A stretch of DNA of 64,000 nt. Origin: Dimorphilus gyrociliatus (taxonomy: Eukaryota > Animalia > Annelida). The position numbers and the translations under genes are program-made. Position 1 is the first letter of the stretch. Each line of letters starts with the position of its first letter. Of this stretch, positions 49,720-61,930 are shown in pieces. Below the pieces are notes generated by a model that saw only the letters and a list, made by a program, of their open reading frames with translations, did no database searches and was not told the origin of the DNA. The stretch covers positions 1,108,916 to 1,172,915 of the forward strand of contig CAJFCJ010000020.1 in the NCBI GenBank assembly GCA_904063045.1, written 5' to 3'.

Positions 49720-50564
49720 CCTAATAAAATTTTTTTAACAATATCTGTTATTGCCTCACCTGCTGAGGACTTCTCTGTTTCTTCATCTGAACGCCGGCCA
49801 CCCTCGATAGCTTTTGTAAATTTTGAATCAAGAGGTACGCAACCAAGGAAATTAATGTCAAAATGCTCCGCCAAAGCTTTACCACCTCCGAATGAAAATA
49901 TATTTGTGCATTCTCCGCAGTGTTCGCATTTGAATCCACTCATATTTTCAATTATACCCAAAACTCTTACTTTAGTCTTTTTGCAGAATGTTAATTGTCG
50001 ACGAACGTCTGCAACGGCTACTTGTTGTGGTGTCGTGACAATTACTGCACTAGTCGCCGGGTGACTAGACAAGCGTTCCACAATACTCATATGTTCATCT
50101 GAAGTTCCTGGTGGGGTGTCAATCACGAGATAGTCGAGATCTGACCAAACAACGTCTTGCACAAATTGACCAATCATAGCCGTTTTCTTTGGACCTCGCC
50201 AAACAATAGCATCATTTTTATTCTTTAATAGAAATGCTATTGACATAACTGCGAGGGAGGCATCCCCATATGGGTAAACGGGAACCCAACCGGCGTTAGA
50301 TTGATGAATTTCTTGCTCTTCGATATTTAGCATGCGGGGAACGCTTGGACCACAAAGATCGATATCTAAGAGTCCTACCTAAAAAATTTTAGAAAGATTA
50401 TTAAAATTATCGACAAATACGCGAGAACTTTCCTTCTTTCCCGAACTACGTAGTTTTAGAGCTACTTCCGTTGAAATTGTACTTTTTCCAACTCCTCCTT
50501 TTCCTGATAGAACGAGAATAACATTTTTAACGCTTTCTAAGTTATTTCTGACAGCTTCTTGCAT
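49716..50564 (-). CDS. NUBP2: Cytosolic Fe-S assembly factor NUBP2/Cfd1, 2 exons
   Basis: [52 protein letters not shown]. Lacks the N-terminal Cys cluster of NUBP1. Confidence 0.93.
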
Positions 50565-51014
50565 TTTAGAGTGACTTTTCTAAAAAGTGAACACAATGAG
50601 CGATATTAAAAAAGTCGACCTGCGTTCATCACGTGATATATCGAAGACTGAGTGTTTTGCAATTTCTCCCAATTGAATTTGTTTTCGTTACAATTAACTA
50701 TTAATCGATATTTTTTGCTTTAAACTATTGTTACTTTTAGATTTTGGATACAATCGCTAATTCATTAGGTTGACTGGTTGCAAAAATATAATAGCTTTTA
50801 GGAAAGATGTTTCAACTTGAATGTTACCATAGTGAAATTCACATCAGAGTTGTGAAATCGAAGTAAAACATTCTAGAACAATTTTATACACAACAATATC
50901 AATTATTTCGAAATTGAGACAAATATATATATAAAGGCGCCTGTCTGTATTGTGCGCAAATTACTATACTTTACCAGAAATCAAATAAATATTGTTTTAT
51001 TACGAAAAGAAACT

Positions 51015-51963
51015 ATGGAGTCGGTAACTGAAGAACTACGTAAAGAGTGGGCACAGAAACAATTAGAGCTACAATCCAAATTAATTTTAGAAGATACTCA
51101 AGCATGGCAGACAAAGAGAATTACGGCTGAAAATGATTTAGGGTTTCCCGGAGAAGAGTCTTTGCAATACGTCGGTGGAGTAGATATCAGTTTTATAAAG
51201 GATGACAACGTAAACGCATGTGCGGCTTTCGTTGTCTGTAGATTTCCTGATATGAAAGTAATTTTTTTCTTTGAAAGCATTCTCTTTTACTTTAACTGGA
51301 TTTTCTATTGTTAGGTTGTTCATCGAGATTTGAGTATGGTAAAGCTAACGAAACCTTATATTGCTGGCTTTTTGGCTTTTAGAGAAGCTGACTTTTTGAT
51401 AGAGAAAATAGAGAAACTAAGAAGAGATAACCTAAAAATATTCCCTCAAGTAGTTTTAGTAGATGGGAATGGTTTATTACATCCCAGAGAGATGGGTTTA
51501 GCATGTCATATGGGGGTAATTTTAGATATGCCTTTTATTGGTGTAGCAAAGAATCTTCTACATGTACCCGGATTACAGAGAGATGTCGAGTTTAAAGATA
51601 AGGTAATACAGTAGCATCATTATTAAGAATCTACCTTATAATTATAATGACTCAACAACAGATCAAACAGATGGAAAGAGGTGGGGATTCTTTCGAGTTA
51701 GTTGGGCAATTCAACAGAGTTTATGGCTTGGTTGGTTTTGATGTAACTTTTGTTGTGTAATTAATAATAAAATGGGTATATTTCAGGCGTTGAGAAGTTG
51801 CGATGACGCACCAAATCCAATTTATGTTTCACAAGGACATAGGATTAGCCTCGAGACTGCAAAATGGGTTGTCATGAAATGTATAAAGTATCGAATACCT
51901 GAGCCGACGAGAAAAGCAGATCATTTCTCTCGAGACTTTTTAAGAGAGCAGGGGAAGCGGTAA
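51015..51963 (+). CDS. ENDOV: Endonuclease V, 4 exons
   Basis: GGVDISF, PYIAGFLAFRE, VDGNGLLHPR..GLACH, IGVAKN, NPIYVSQGH, RIPEPTRKAD. Confidence 0.93.
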
Positions 51964-52369
51964 AGGCGCAAAGGCAATATTTTCCATATTGGCTTCAACT
52001 TGTATAGTGCAAACTGCTTCACTTGATCATCTTAATTGCATTCCATTAAAAAGTCATGTTGGAGTTACGCCATCTGTTGCTTTAACTATGCTTTGAGCAC
52101 ACTTTTAGTGGACTTGCGAAAATTATCGTAGATAGGCTAAAATTTTCGTGGCAATTTGATACGAAAACTGTTTATCTACTTTTGTTTTAAATAAAATATC
52201 TATAGCTTGTGGGTAGTTTCTATAACAATAAAAATTGCTTATAATTTTTTATTTATATTTACATTTATACAAGCAAAATGTAGATAAAATAGTATTTAGG
52301 GAAAAAAAAAACAATGAACCATGCCCAGAATTTGACAAAAGAAAAAAATATAAAAACTTTAGCGCAAAA

Positions 52370-55300
52370 TTAGGACGTTCTTCCTTTTGAAATCAGTTCA
52401 TCACAAATTCTAGCTAGCTCGTCTAAATCCTTTTTCTACAAAAATCGAAAAAAAATAATTAGCTATTCTGTAAGCCTTTAGGCCTAATGAAAAATAGTAC
52501 AAACCTTTTGAGCTAGTTCATTTTGCAAACTAGATTCTTTCATTTCCATCATTCGAATTTTCTTCATTAGGAGTTCGATCTATTATTAGTAGATGAAATA
52601 AAAATGTACATAAAAATATTTGCGTTATAAATGACGCCACTATTATAGCAGCAATCGTAGAAATTCTCTATTTAAACATATTACCTCCTTGTTTTTATCA
52701 CTTTCTAATGCTTCAAAGTCTTGTTGGACTTGGTTAACTTTATCATCAGCTTCTTCAGTTAATTTATCGTATTTATTCATTCTCTCTTGCAATAGAATTT
52801 GCAATTCTCGTAGTTGTTCTGTTAACGATATATTTTTCATACTAACATCCTGATACTTCAATTTTAACTCGGAATATAACGATGTTGTTTCACTGAGTGC
52901 ACGTTCAAACCGTTGAACATCTTCTGCAGCTTGTAAAACCTCAGCATCCTTAGCTTCTAAGGCATTTGTCAAGTTTGTTAAAACATTGTATTGATACTCT
53001 GTAACTTGGCTGAAAAAAAAAATAGTAAAATAATAGTATGTTTAATAGATATCACGATAAAAAAAAAATTAGACTTAGTACTTACTCCCATTCTTGCTCT
53101 TTTTTTCTATATTCCTCTAATTTCTAAAAAAAAGAATAATTAACGTTGATAATATCAATTAAATATTGTAACTAAAATAATTGGTCGTTCTAATTAACTT
53201 ACGCTTTCATAGTCTTTCGTCTGAGCTAACATTTCGCCTTTCATTTCAAGCATAACTTCCTGCCGTACTCTATCAATGTCAACTTGACTTAAACCATTTG
53301 GAGTAGCAACGATAGCACCGCTGTCATCACTTTTCGATTGCGTAATAGTCTATATAATTGCAAAAAAATGCAAACACAATTATTACAAAATACCTTCAAT
53401 AATTATCTTCAAATTTTCTATATAAAATATCCAAAAAAAAATTATGAATATAAATTAAACTAACAACAATCACTGTATATATTAAAACAACAGATATAGC
53501 TTTGAAAGACCACCTTCGGTAGAGAAATAGGAGAAAGGAACAAAAAAAGGCAAAGAGATGCAATTTATGAAAATAAATTTGTCTAGAAAACTAAAATTGT
53601 TTAAAAGATTCAACAACGATCGAACCACTAACATTTTCGGTAACATTGGTGTCCTCTAATGAATCCCTGGACGAGAGCATATCCTGTTCGTTGTACTGAC
53701 TAACACTTGATAACCATGATGTACACAAAGAACCAGTTTGCTGGGACTGCTGTTTTTCATTCATACGGATAATATTACTCCATTGATGACTAGAATTTTT
53801 ATAGTTCTCACACAGAATATTCGGTTTTTATTTTTTATGATATAATAATTCACCTTAAATATGAAAATTTAAGGTCTATTGGTTGAATTATAAGTTGGAA
53901 TTACTTAATATAACTAACTACCTACTAAACGTGATATGTTTAAAACATTTATCTATATTATCAAATATGATAAAAAATAAACGAAAACGAAAATAAGGAA
54001 CTTACTGTATTCGAATCTCCAAATTGTGATAAGAGATTTTTCGATACTGGAGCTTTTTTAGTTCTGACGAAAGTAGCGTCTCCAACTCCAGCAGGACTGG
54101 ACATCGACATTAAATCTTGTTCGATATCTTCAACCTCCCTTCCTTTGTCCTGTTTAGCTGCTTCTTCTCTTAAAGCTTCGGCTGCTTTTCGGGCACGTTC
54201 TTTCAAGAGGGGACTTGCAACGTCTTGTAAAAGAGGGTCAAAACGTATAAATAAAGATTCCTTAGCTAAAGCCGATAGATTATCTGTTTGATGTCCACCA
54301 GCTTTTTCAAGTAGTTCAAAAGCGTCTTCCTGCCAAGCTATAAGTATAAAATTGAATTAATAAATCACATTATCTTTTAGAATTAAATAAAAATAAAGTC
54401 GAATAATAATCACGGGAGACTATTTAAGGCTGATCAATAACAAGAGAATAACGATTACAACGGAATTAATAATAATTTAATTTTTAACATTATTCTATAA
54501 ATATAAGAAAGAGCGTTAACCTTGGATGAGGTTATTTAATAAGAAAAATAAAATATTCCAGTGGAACACGTTGTATATCCGTTGTGGCCATGATATCGAT
54601 TTATAGACCTTTCTAATTTAGACACATACCACTAGATGGCTTACCTGAGCAGAGCTATCACAACGCGCTAGATATTTGTAAATTTATACTGTAATTCATA
54701 GAAATCTAGTTGATTTCCTTTATTCGTTCACCCTTCTCTATCTCTTTCTCTCTCTCTAATAATATTATTTTATTATAACAAATTAGGTGATACACAATCT
54801 TTATAGCCTGTTTATTTCAAGTTTATAAGCGTCTTAATTTAAAAGTTAATATGTAACTTTATTTACTTTTTTTTTCCCGTTCGTTAATTGTCTTTTTGAT
54901 GTGAAATTAAAGATTTATATATATTATTTAAATGTTTATTGTACATTGATTATATATTTCTTTCTTTAAATAATTTAAAATTTAAAAAATAACAACAGAA
55001 GTAAAAGAAAAATACGAAAATGTTTAAAGATACTTTAGTTAATGGTATTATGGGTCTGATTCTATTAGAAATAGGGATTTATCGTCAAAAGTCGAAGGTT
55101 TAAAGATTTAAGTAGTAAAGCAAATAATTATATATTATTTAAAACCATCTAAATAAGAACTTAATAGGCCTGAATCAACAAGTATCTACAAACAATCGAA
55201 ATGGGCAAATAAAACTTAATGGAGCATTGAAAAAAATTTGTCTATAATCGTCAAAGTGCCAAGAAAAAGCAATTTGAATGAATTCAATGCATTATATCTT

Positions 55301-58300
55301 TGTACGATTTCGCACTTGTATAATAAATATAAGATAATTTTTCATACTTTTAAGAATGTTGCTTTATAAATTATTATACCTTTCATAGGTCCTCTCTTAG
55401 GTATAAGCGTTTCTTTAGTGAATTTCTTCGGTCTTAATCTTAACTTATCCGGTAACAACGCTGGCGAACGACATTTTACTGGAAACGATGGACTATCGCA
55501 GAATCCTTCGTCCGATGATTGTATATCAGTTTTCATATGGGTTGTATACCTCAAAATATAAGAAAACTCTTTTCTGGTGCTCTATCCGGCACGTGTATAA
55601 ATAACAATAGACGATTTCGCTTGCTGGCAAGAGAATGGAATGCTAGCCTAGTGGAGGGGCTATTCAATAACTTGGCCTATGTTTACAGACGACAAAATTC
55701 ATCAATAAATTCATTCGAATGTCAGAGCGATTAGAAGTACGAGTTAATCAATGGACACTACAATAGACGTATTAATTCGACGGCTTACAAGTCTAGGCCT
55801 ATTCAATTAAATTTAAGTCATTTTTGACAGTCCCTCTTAAAGTTTTGATTTGTTTATCAACATAGATTATTAGTATATGAATACCCAATATGAATATAAA
55901 TATTATATATTCTACAAGGTTTTATCCCTTAAGGCTGTCTTTTGATTGTCAAAAAGTTTATAACGCTGGTTTTATCGCAATCCTCTTCAGTTGTTAGCCA
56001 ATTTTACCTTTACAATAATTGTTAAATATAGATTAAAAATCATTTCGATTTTTCTTTTGAGTACATTCTTTATCAATATATTTCGCAAGATTAGACTTCT
56101 ATCAACAAGTCTGAGATGAAATTCGTACTGTATCGATTACCTGACATATGTGCCAAAGAAAAAAAAATAAGCTTACCTTCGCCTGGTGTGAAATCTTCAT
56201 TTACATCAGCGGCCAAAAAATCAGAAGGTGGGGGTGGCATCATTGCTCTATCCTCGTCTGATGTATTCATTTGAATGGTGGATGTTTCTTTCAATGTTTG
56301 ATTACCATCAAAAGATTCTTCTTGACTATTATTCTCATCAGTTTTTGTATTAGCTACATTTGAAATTATATTATTTTCATCATCTTTTACTGGTTCTTCA
56401 TTTTCAACATTTTCATTAGAGGGCAGTGATTGTTTGACTTCGGTTTCTTCACTGGAGTTCTTATTTTCTGATTTTGAAGCAAATATAACAATATCATCCA
56501 TCTAAAGAAATAAACAACAAATAAATAATTTAATTAGCCTTTAATTACAAAAATAGACGTCTATTACACACCTGTTGAAATCCACCGGGAGGTTTTGCTG
56601 GTCTCTTAAATTTAGATATTGATGCTTTTGGTTTAGCAGGCCTATTAGATAAAAAAAAGTAATTAATTTACCAATTATATTTAAGTTATTATTACTTTTT
56701 TTCTTTAACTGTTTCTTTCTCTTCAGTTTTATTTGCATTGTTCTTGTTATTTTCGGTGCAACTGCAAGTTAAATAAAGTGTTAATAATAAGATAATAGCA
56801 ATTTCTATAACTATTTTAATAATTACTTTTCAACTTTACCATTTAACTGTTCGTTATTGTTTATTTTTTCATTTTCACAATTCTCGTTATCGTTAACTTG
56901 ACCAATATTACGGTTTTCTTCTGTATTGTTACTGTTCAATAGATAATGTTATTACATACATAGATGATATTACGGATTTCTGAATTCTTTATTCTTTTTA
57001 CACTGTTATAAGATTTACTTACTCTTTTTGAGGAGGAGGAGAAGGGTGAGAGACGGGCTCAATTTCGCAATTTTCTACATTTTTTTCTACTACAGTGTTG
57101 TTTGTATCATTAATAATGTTCTTTTTGGGTTTAGTTGGCTGTCCACCAAATGGATCTAAGGCCTCAAGATTATCCCAATCTATGGTGTAAGTCCCTCGTT
57201 GAACTGGAACTTCTTGCTCTTCGCTCATATCAGCTGGATCTTCATCAAATTTAGGTTGTTCTAAAGGTTCGACTTCTGTATGCGGATCTTCGCTCTTTAC
57301 GTCGAGTTTAGTTACAGTATTTTGAGCACTGTTATCAAAATAATCTTTTGTGTTACTAGGTGTTTGAATAATTTCTTCCGTTTCCTTGTCTTCCCACTCA
57401 ACTTTACCGAGTAAATCGTTCAGGCGTTTAGACAATTCGTCATCAGTTTCGTATGTACTATTTAAAGCAGTAGTATAACTCGAATTAGCACTTTTTTCTT
57501 CTGTGATTTCTTCCTTTTCCTCTTTTGGACCCTTTGAGCTACAATTCGGCAAATGACACGTCTAAATTAGCGAATAATTTAAAGTCTTAATTACTGTCTA
57601 ATTTGACAAACAGAAGCCTCCACAGCTATATTCTCTATACTACTACAGTATAAAAAAAGAGCACAGTATATTTCACGAATCGGCCTGCTGCAGCACGTTA
57701 GGCCCACGGTACTAAACCCTAGTGCTGTAGGCTTTTTCCATAGTAAACAAATTTGCTCACGCCCTTTCGAAATAATTAGCCTAAAACGTTTACTGAAGTT
57801 TAACTAACCCTAATTAAAGTTATCCGTGGTCTATTAAAAAAAACTCTTACTCTATCTAGCATAGAATGGAACATTCTAAAAATTGTAAAATGTTACGTAA
57901 TAGATACGCTATGGCTGAACTTACGTTTTATCCAGAGGAAGTTGATCAACTATTTCGGTTACTATACTTTTTACGTTATCTAAAGCTGTGTGTTCTTCTT
58001 CCTTTTCTTGATTATACAGAGTATCTGTCTCTTCTTCTGGTGATAACGAATCTTCCTTAGGTGATGTCTAAAGAATGAATAATAGAAATATAAAATCTAT
58101 AGAATTTTATCAATAAATAGTAGTTATTAGAACATTGATTTTCATAATAAATCAATTAGTCTAGAAAAATAACAGGCTTAAGAAAGCTAAGTAAAAAGTT
58201 AAGAAAGAAAAATAAATTGAATTCTTTAAAGCAATTTAACGCCATCTATATGTGAATTTGTTGTTCTTTTACATCCTGCTAAAATAAAATACTTCTCAAT

Positions 58301-61133
58301 AGTTTACTTCATTATGTAATTCCTCTGCTTTATTATTGAAGACTGACTTAAGCAGCTTCTTAAACATCTTTCATTCTCTATTAAAGAATTCTTTCTGAAT
58401 TCAATCAAAACAGGTGTTAAGTTACAGTCAAAGCACTACGCAGAGTTAGCAAAGCGTATAAAAGAAACGGTACTGCAGGAATCTAAGCGTATGATAAACA
58501 TTACTAGGCTTTCTAAGAGAAATTTTTGCGCACAGACTAACTATATAAACAAGTGCTGTATATTATGGCGAGAGCGAAAATAGACGTTTGTTGCGCAATA
58601 AACTAGTTAGACCGTTTTGCTATATTTAAAAAGACCCCAGGGGATTTTCAAGATTATTTACTGATTTCAATAAACAATTTTATCAATTAGGCAATGATAA
58701 AAATTTGAAATAGTAATAAAATAGCTAGAAGATTCTCCTAAGATTGTTTGTATCGTTGTTATAACATTCATCTTCTGAAGAGGATAGCTCTTCAAGGCAC
58801 AAAACCCAATCCTCATCGTTTGTAAGTGAAGATGTATCTATAGCGGCATCTTTCTTCATGTAACTATTTATAGAAATGCTTCTATACCTTGGTCGAACAA
58901 GAGAGCAAACATTTCTTTTATTGGTATTCATACAAGTTCCCTTATTGTTATCATAGTCATCATTAATTGAAGAGAAGTTTTCATCTTCTACGGAACATTC
59001 CATGATGAGCGATAAAACACTATCTGTATCGGAATCCTTATCGTTCATATGATCAATTACAATATCTGGTAAGAGTGTTTGCCTCTTGAATTCCCCATCT
59101 GAACTATCTTCCTGAGATTTAAGAGAGTTTCTTCGAAGACATTCATCTGGCTCTACTCGTTCATGTTCCACCCATTTTCGAAAGCCCTGATCTCGATGTG
59201 ACGAAATGGAAACGCACCCACCTCGAGATTCCAACAATTGCCTCTGCTGATTGACATCCACAGACGACCGACGTACAATTTGCACACATCTCATCCATGT
59301 ATCTTTGGCATTAGATTCTTTCGGTTCATTTGCCCTATTCATTAGATCGCAGCTCATACCTAGCATATCTTTTCTAGTACGATTGGAAAGAGAAGTTATA
59401 TCTTCTGGCTCATCGCTACCAGAAATAGAATCCATTGAGTCTGTAGAGTCTTCCTTTAAATCTAAATCTATTGTCTCATCAATATCAACGTCTTTTAGTA
59501 GCAATTTCAATGAAACAGTTTCCTCTGCTGTAACATTTTCAGTTATTTCTATAACTGAACTGGTATCCGAAACCGAGAGTCTATGATGCTTCAGCTTCTC
59601 AAAAATATCAAAATCGAAGTTATCTTTTGTTTCTACTGCAAGAGCGAAATCAGTAGAGATCAATGTATAAGAAAGACCTAAAATTGGCGAATTAAATTCG
59701 CGATATAAAAGAACAAAATCAAGAAATTCGTTGTTTAAGTCACTTTCAATAGCGACGAAACGTTCGTATTCTATTTCGGTAATAGAATGGCTGGAAAGAA
59801 CGTTTTCCGCAGATACAGCAATAGTCGGTACCGCCGCTGCACAGCAATGATAACAAATCGCAACGCGGTCCACGCAAACAAAACCGACGCTTTCCAAAAC
59901 GTTCGAAAGAGCTTGTGCTATAGGCAATTCATCTATTTTTTGCAGATCAACAGTCTTGCACAGGCCTACAGAGACCCGTTGCAGAGCAGTCAGAAAAAAT
60001 TTCGGGTTGCTTTTCGTTGATACCGACATTTTCACACCTGTTTGCAGGATTTCGGTTATCGAATAGGCTGATGAATTTGGGCAAAAGCTTTCTGTTGCTT
60101 CTGCATAGGGCCTAATATCATATTGGCACACTTGAAAACAGATTTGAACGCCCTCTGATGGTATTTTAACCATTCCGCCAACAGCAATGAGGCTTGTTCT
60201 CGATGAACTTTCGTCATTTACTTCTGCTAAGCTTCTATTTAAAGAGCTAACACCCATTTTTAGCATTCTTCTAGCTGTTGGAATTTTAGTGCATTCATTC
60301 AAAACTGGTGTCGACATTGCAGATTGCAAAATATCTGGTTGATTATTACATTTATTTTGCAGAGTGTAATCAGATGAGCTATTAAGCATTTGTTTGGGTC
60401 TAAACGGCAGAGTATATTTTTGAACAAGGGTTTTCTTATCAAAAGACGAATTATCCTTATCTTTTGAGGATAGTCCAGGTAGAGTACGAAAATTTATTTC
60501 TTCCTTGTTCGATTCTTTTTTTTTTGGTTTACTAAAGAATTTAGGCGTTTGTGGAACTCTCTTCTTTCCCATTGATGTAGTTTTAGATGATATATCCTTA
60601 TCTTCCACTTCTTGAGAGCAAATACCAGGTACACTAGTAACTGAGGGATTCTTACTTAAACTTAACCTTTTACGTCCAGCTTTGGCTTTCTGATCATTGG
60701 GAGAATCTGAGCTCTGATTCTGTCCCATAATTCCTTAAGAATCCAGCATTTTCTCCCCAGAAATACAACAGGCTATTTTTTCGATAACGAGCGACTAGCA
60801 GCGCTAAAAACAACACAAGCCGTTCGTAGCGCAAATTTACGGGGTTTCTCAGAGTTACCTGCGCGCTTAGACACAACTTTTAGACTGGATGTAATATATA
60901 GGCTAAACGAAGTGTTTTTTTTTCCTGCGCGAGTTTCATCGGGGAATTTTCCAAAACGTAAAAAGCAGTTACTAGTCAAACTAAGTAGCGACAGAACGAA
61001 TCTAAGTCTTTCTACAACAAACCTTTATGGATTGTGTAACGGAAATGTTTAACGTTTTGTTCTCTATGGCCACAAGTGGTTCCCTCTTGCGATGAAAAGA
61101 TGGGGAAGTTGGTGGTGTTTTAAAATCTTCCAT
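52370..61133 (-). CDS. TACC: Transforming acidic coiled-coil (TACC) family protein; 5' structure with several alternative first exons inferred
   Basis: C-terminal coiled coil ending SLQNELAQK|KKDLDELARICDELI; SLFIRFDPLL motif; RGTYTIDWDNLEALDPF repeat; acidic linker exons. The 3' half is solid; the 5' exon at 61023-61133 is inferred. Confidence 0.82.
57681..57737 (+). ncRNA. Candidate ~55-nt Pol III-type structured RNA antisense within a TACC intron
   Basis: TATAAAA at 57649-57655, an end-closing stem (GCCT/AGGC plus GCAGCAC/GTGCTGT) and TTTTT at 57733-57737. No family recognised. Confidence 0.3.
58725..60728 (-). CDS. Intronless 667-aa orphan ORF with N-myristoylation-like start, nested in the TACC 5' region
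   Basis: Long open frame from ATG; MGQNQS (G2, S6); central ~220-aa Cys-containing globular-looking block; acidic tail; own GC-richer upstream region. Confidence 0.7.
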   Translation of the reverse strand: MGQNQSSDSPNDQKAKAGRKRLSLSKNPSVTSVPGICSQEVEDKDISSKTTSMGKKRVPQTPKFFSKPKKKESNKEEINFRTLPGLSSKDKDNSSFDKKTLVQKYTLPFRPKQMLNSSSDYTLQNKCNNQPDILQSAMSTPVLNECTKIPTARRMLKMGVSSLNRSLAEVNDESSSRTSLIAVGGMVKIPSEGVQICFQVCQYDIRPYAEATESFCPNSSAYSITEILQTGVKMSVSTKSNPKFFLTALQRVSVGLCKTVDLQKIDELPIAQALSNVLESVGFVCVDRVAICYHCCAAAVPTIAVSAENVLSSHSITEIEYERFVAIESDLNNEFLDFVLLYREFNSPILGLSYTLISTDFALAVETKDNFDFDIFEKLKHHRLSVSDTSSVIEITENVTAEETVSLKLLLKDVDIDETIDLDLKEDSTDSMDSISGSDEPEDITSLSNRTRKDMLGMSCDLMNRANEPKESNAKDTWMRCVQIVRRSSVDVNQQRQLLESRGGCVSISSHRDQGFRKWVEHERVEPDECLRRNSLKSQEDSSDGEFKRQTLLPDIVIDHMNDKDSDTDSVLSLIMECSVEDENFSSINDDYDNNKGTCMNTNKRNVCSLVRPRYRSISINSYMKKDAAIDTSSLTNDEDWVLCLEELSSSEDECYNNDTNNLRRIF

Positions 61134-61930
61134 GTTAAAATCGTCACTCCTGTACTTTATTTCCCTAATTAATATTGTTTCACTTTATAGGAAAAAGTCA
61201 TTAACAAGTTTTCTACATGTCATTCTCAGGCTAAAAGATTTTATATTACCAGGAAAAGCATGCTACACACTTGTATTTTTTAAGTAAATCTTGGTGTGTT
61301 ATTCCCTGTTTCAATTATTTATTTTACATATTATTCTAACTTAATCGTGCTAATGTACAAACACCATCGATTACGAAATAATGATGGAAATTTAGAGAAT
61401 TTTACACTTCAAAAATTAACTTGTTACATAATATATTTTATTCAGTATTCAATTAACGGTTATTTTCTATACTATTCAAACCTTATAATAGTTGTAATAG
61501 GCCTAGCCTATTCAAAAATCCTAACGGTTTGAAGAGACACTCCGATTTTATCTTTTAATGAAATACTAATTACTTCGGAAAAAAAACATATTGGTTAGAT
61601 AATTATCTTTCCCGATGGCTGGGTTAGGAAAATAAACTTTATGAGAATGAGCGACAATACAAATTTCACCTAAGTGAAATGAGAAAAACGTTTCGATCAG
61701 TAATTTTTTACAAATAAAACAATACTTTAATATAAAAACTCATTAGGAAATTAACATATTAAAATCATGATAAAATTCATACCTAATGAAGCAGTAAAAT
61801 GCAATAAAAATATGAACGGTGATTCAAGCGCCTTGTAAAATTTAAAATTTTTCGGTAAGTGAAACCAGTTTAGACTGCCGTGAAGACTTCCGTTTCCGGT
61901 TGAATCCAATTCCGGGGAATTTAAAACTAT

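Noticed and set aside
57804-57813. CTAACCCTAA, identical to the TTAGGG telomerase-RNA template
   Set aside because: Single 10-mer in AT-rich DNA. The downstream sequence is antisense to a TACC coding exon, and I see no pseudoknot, CR4/5 or H/ACA domain.
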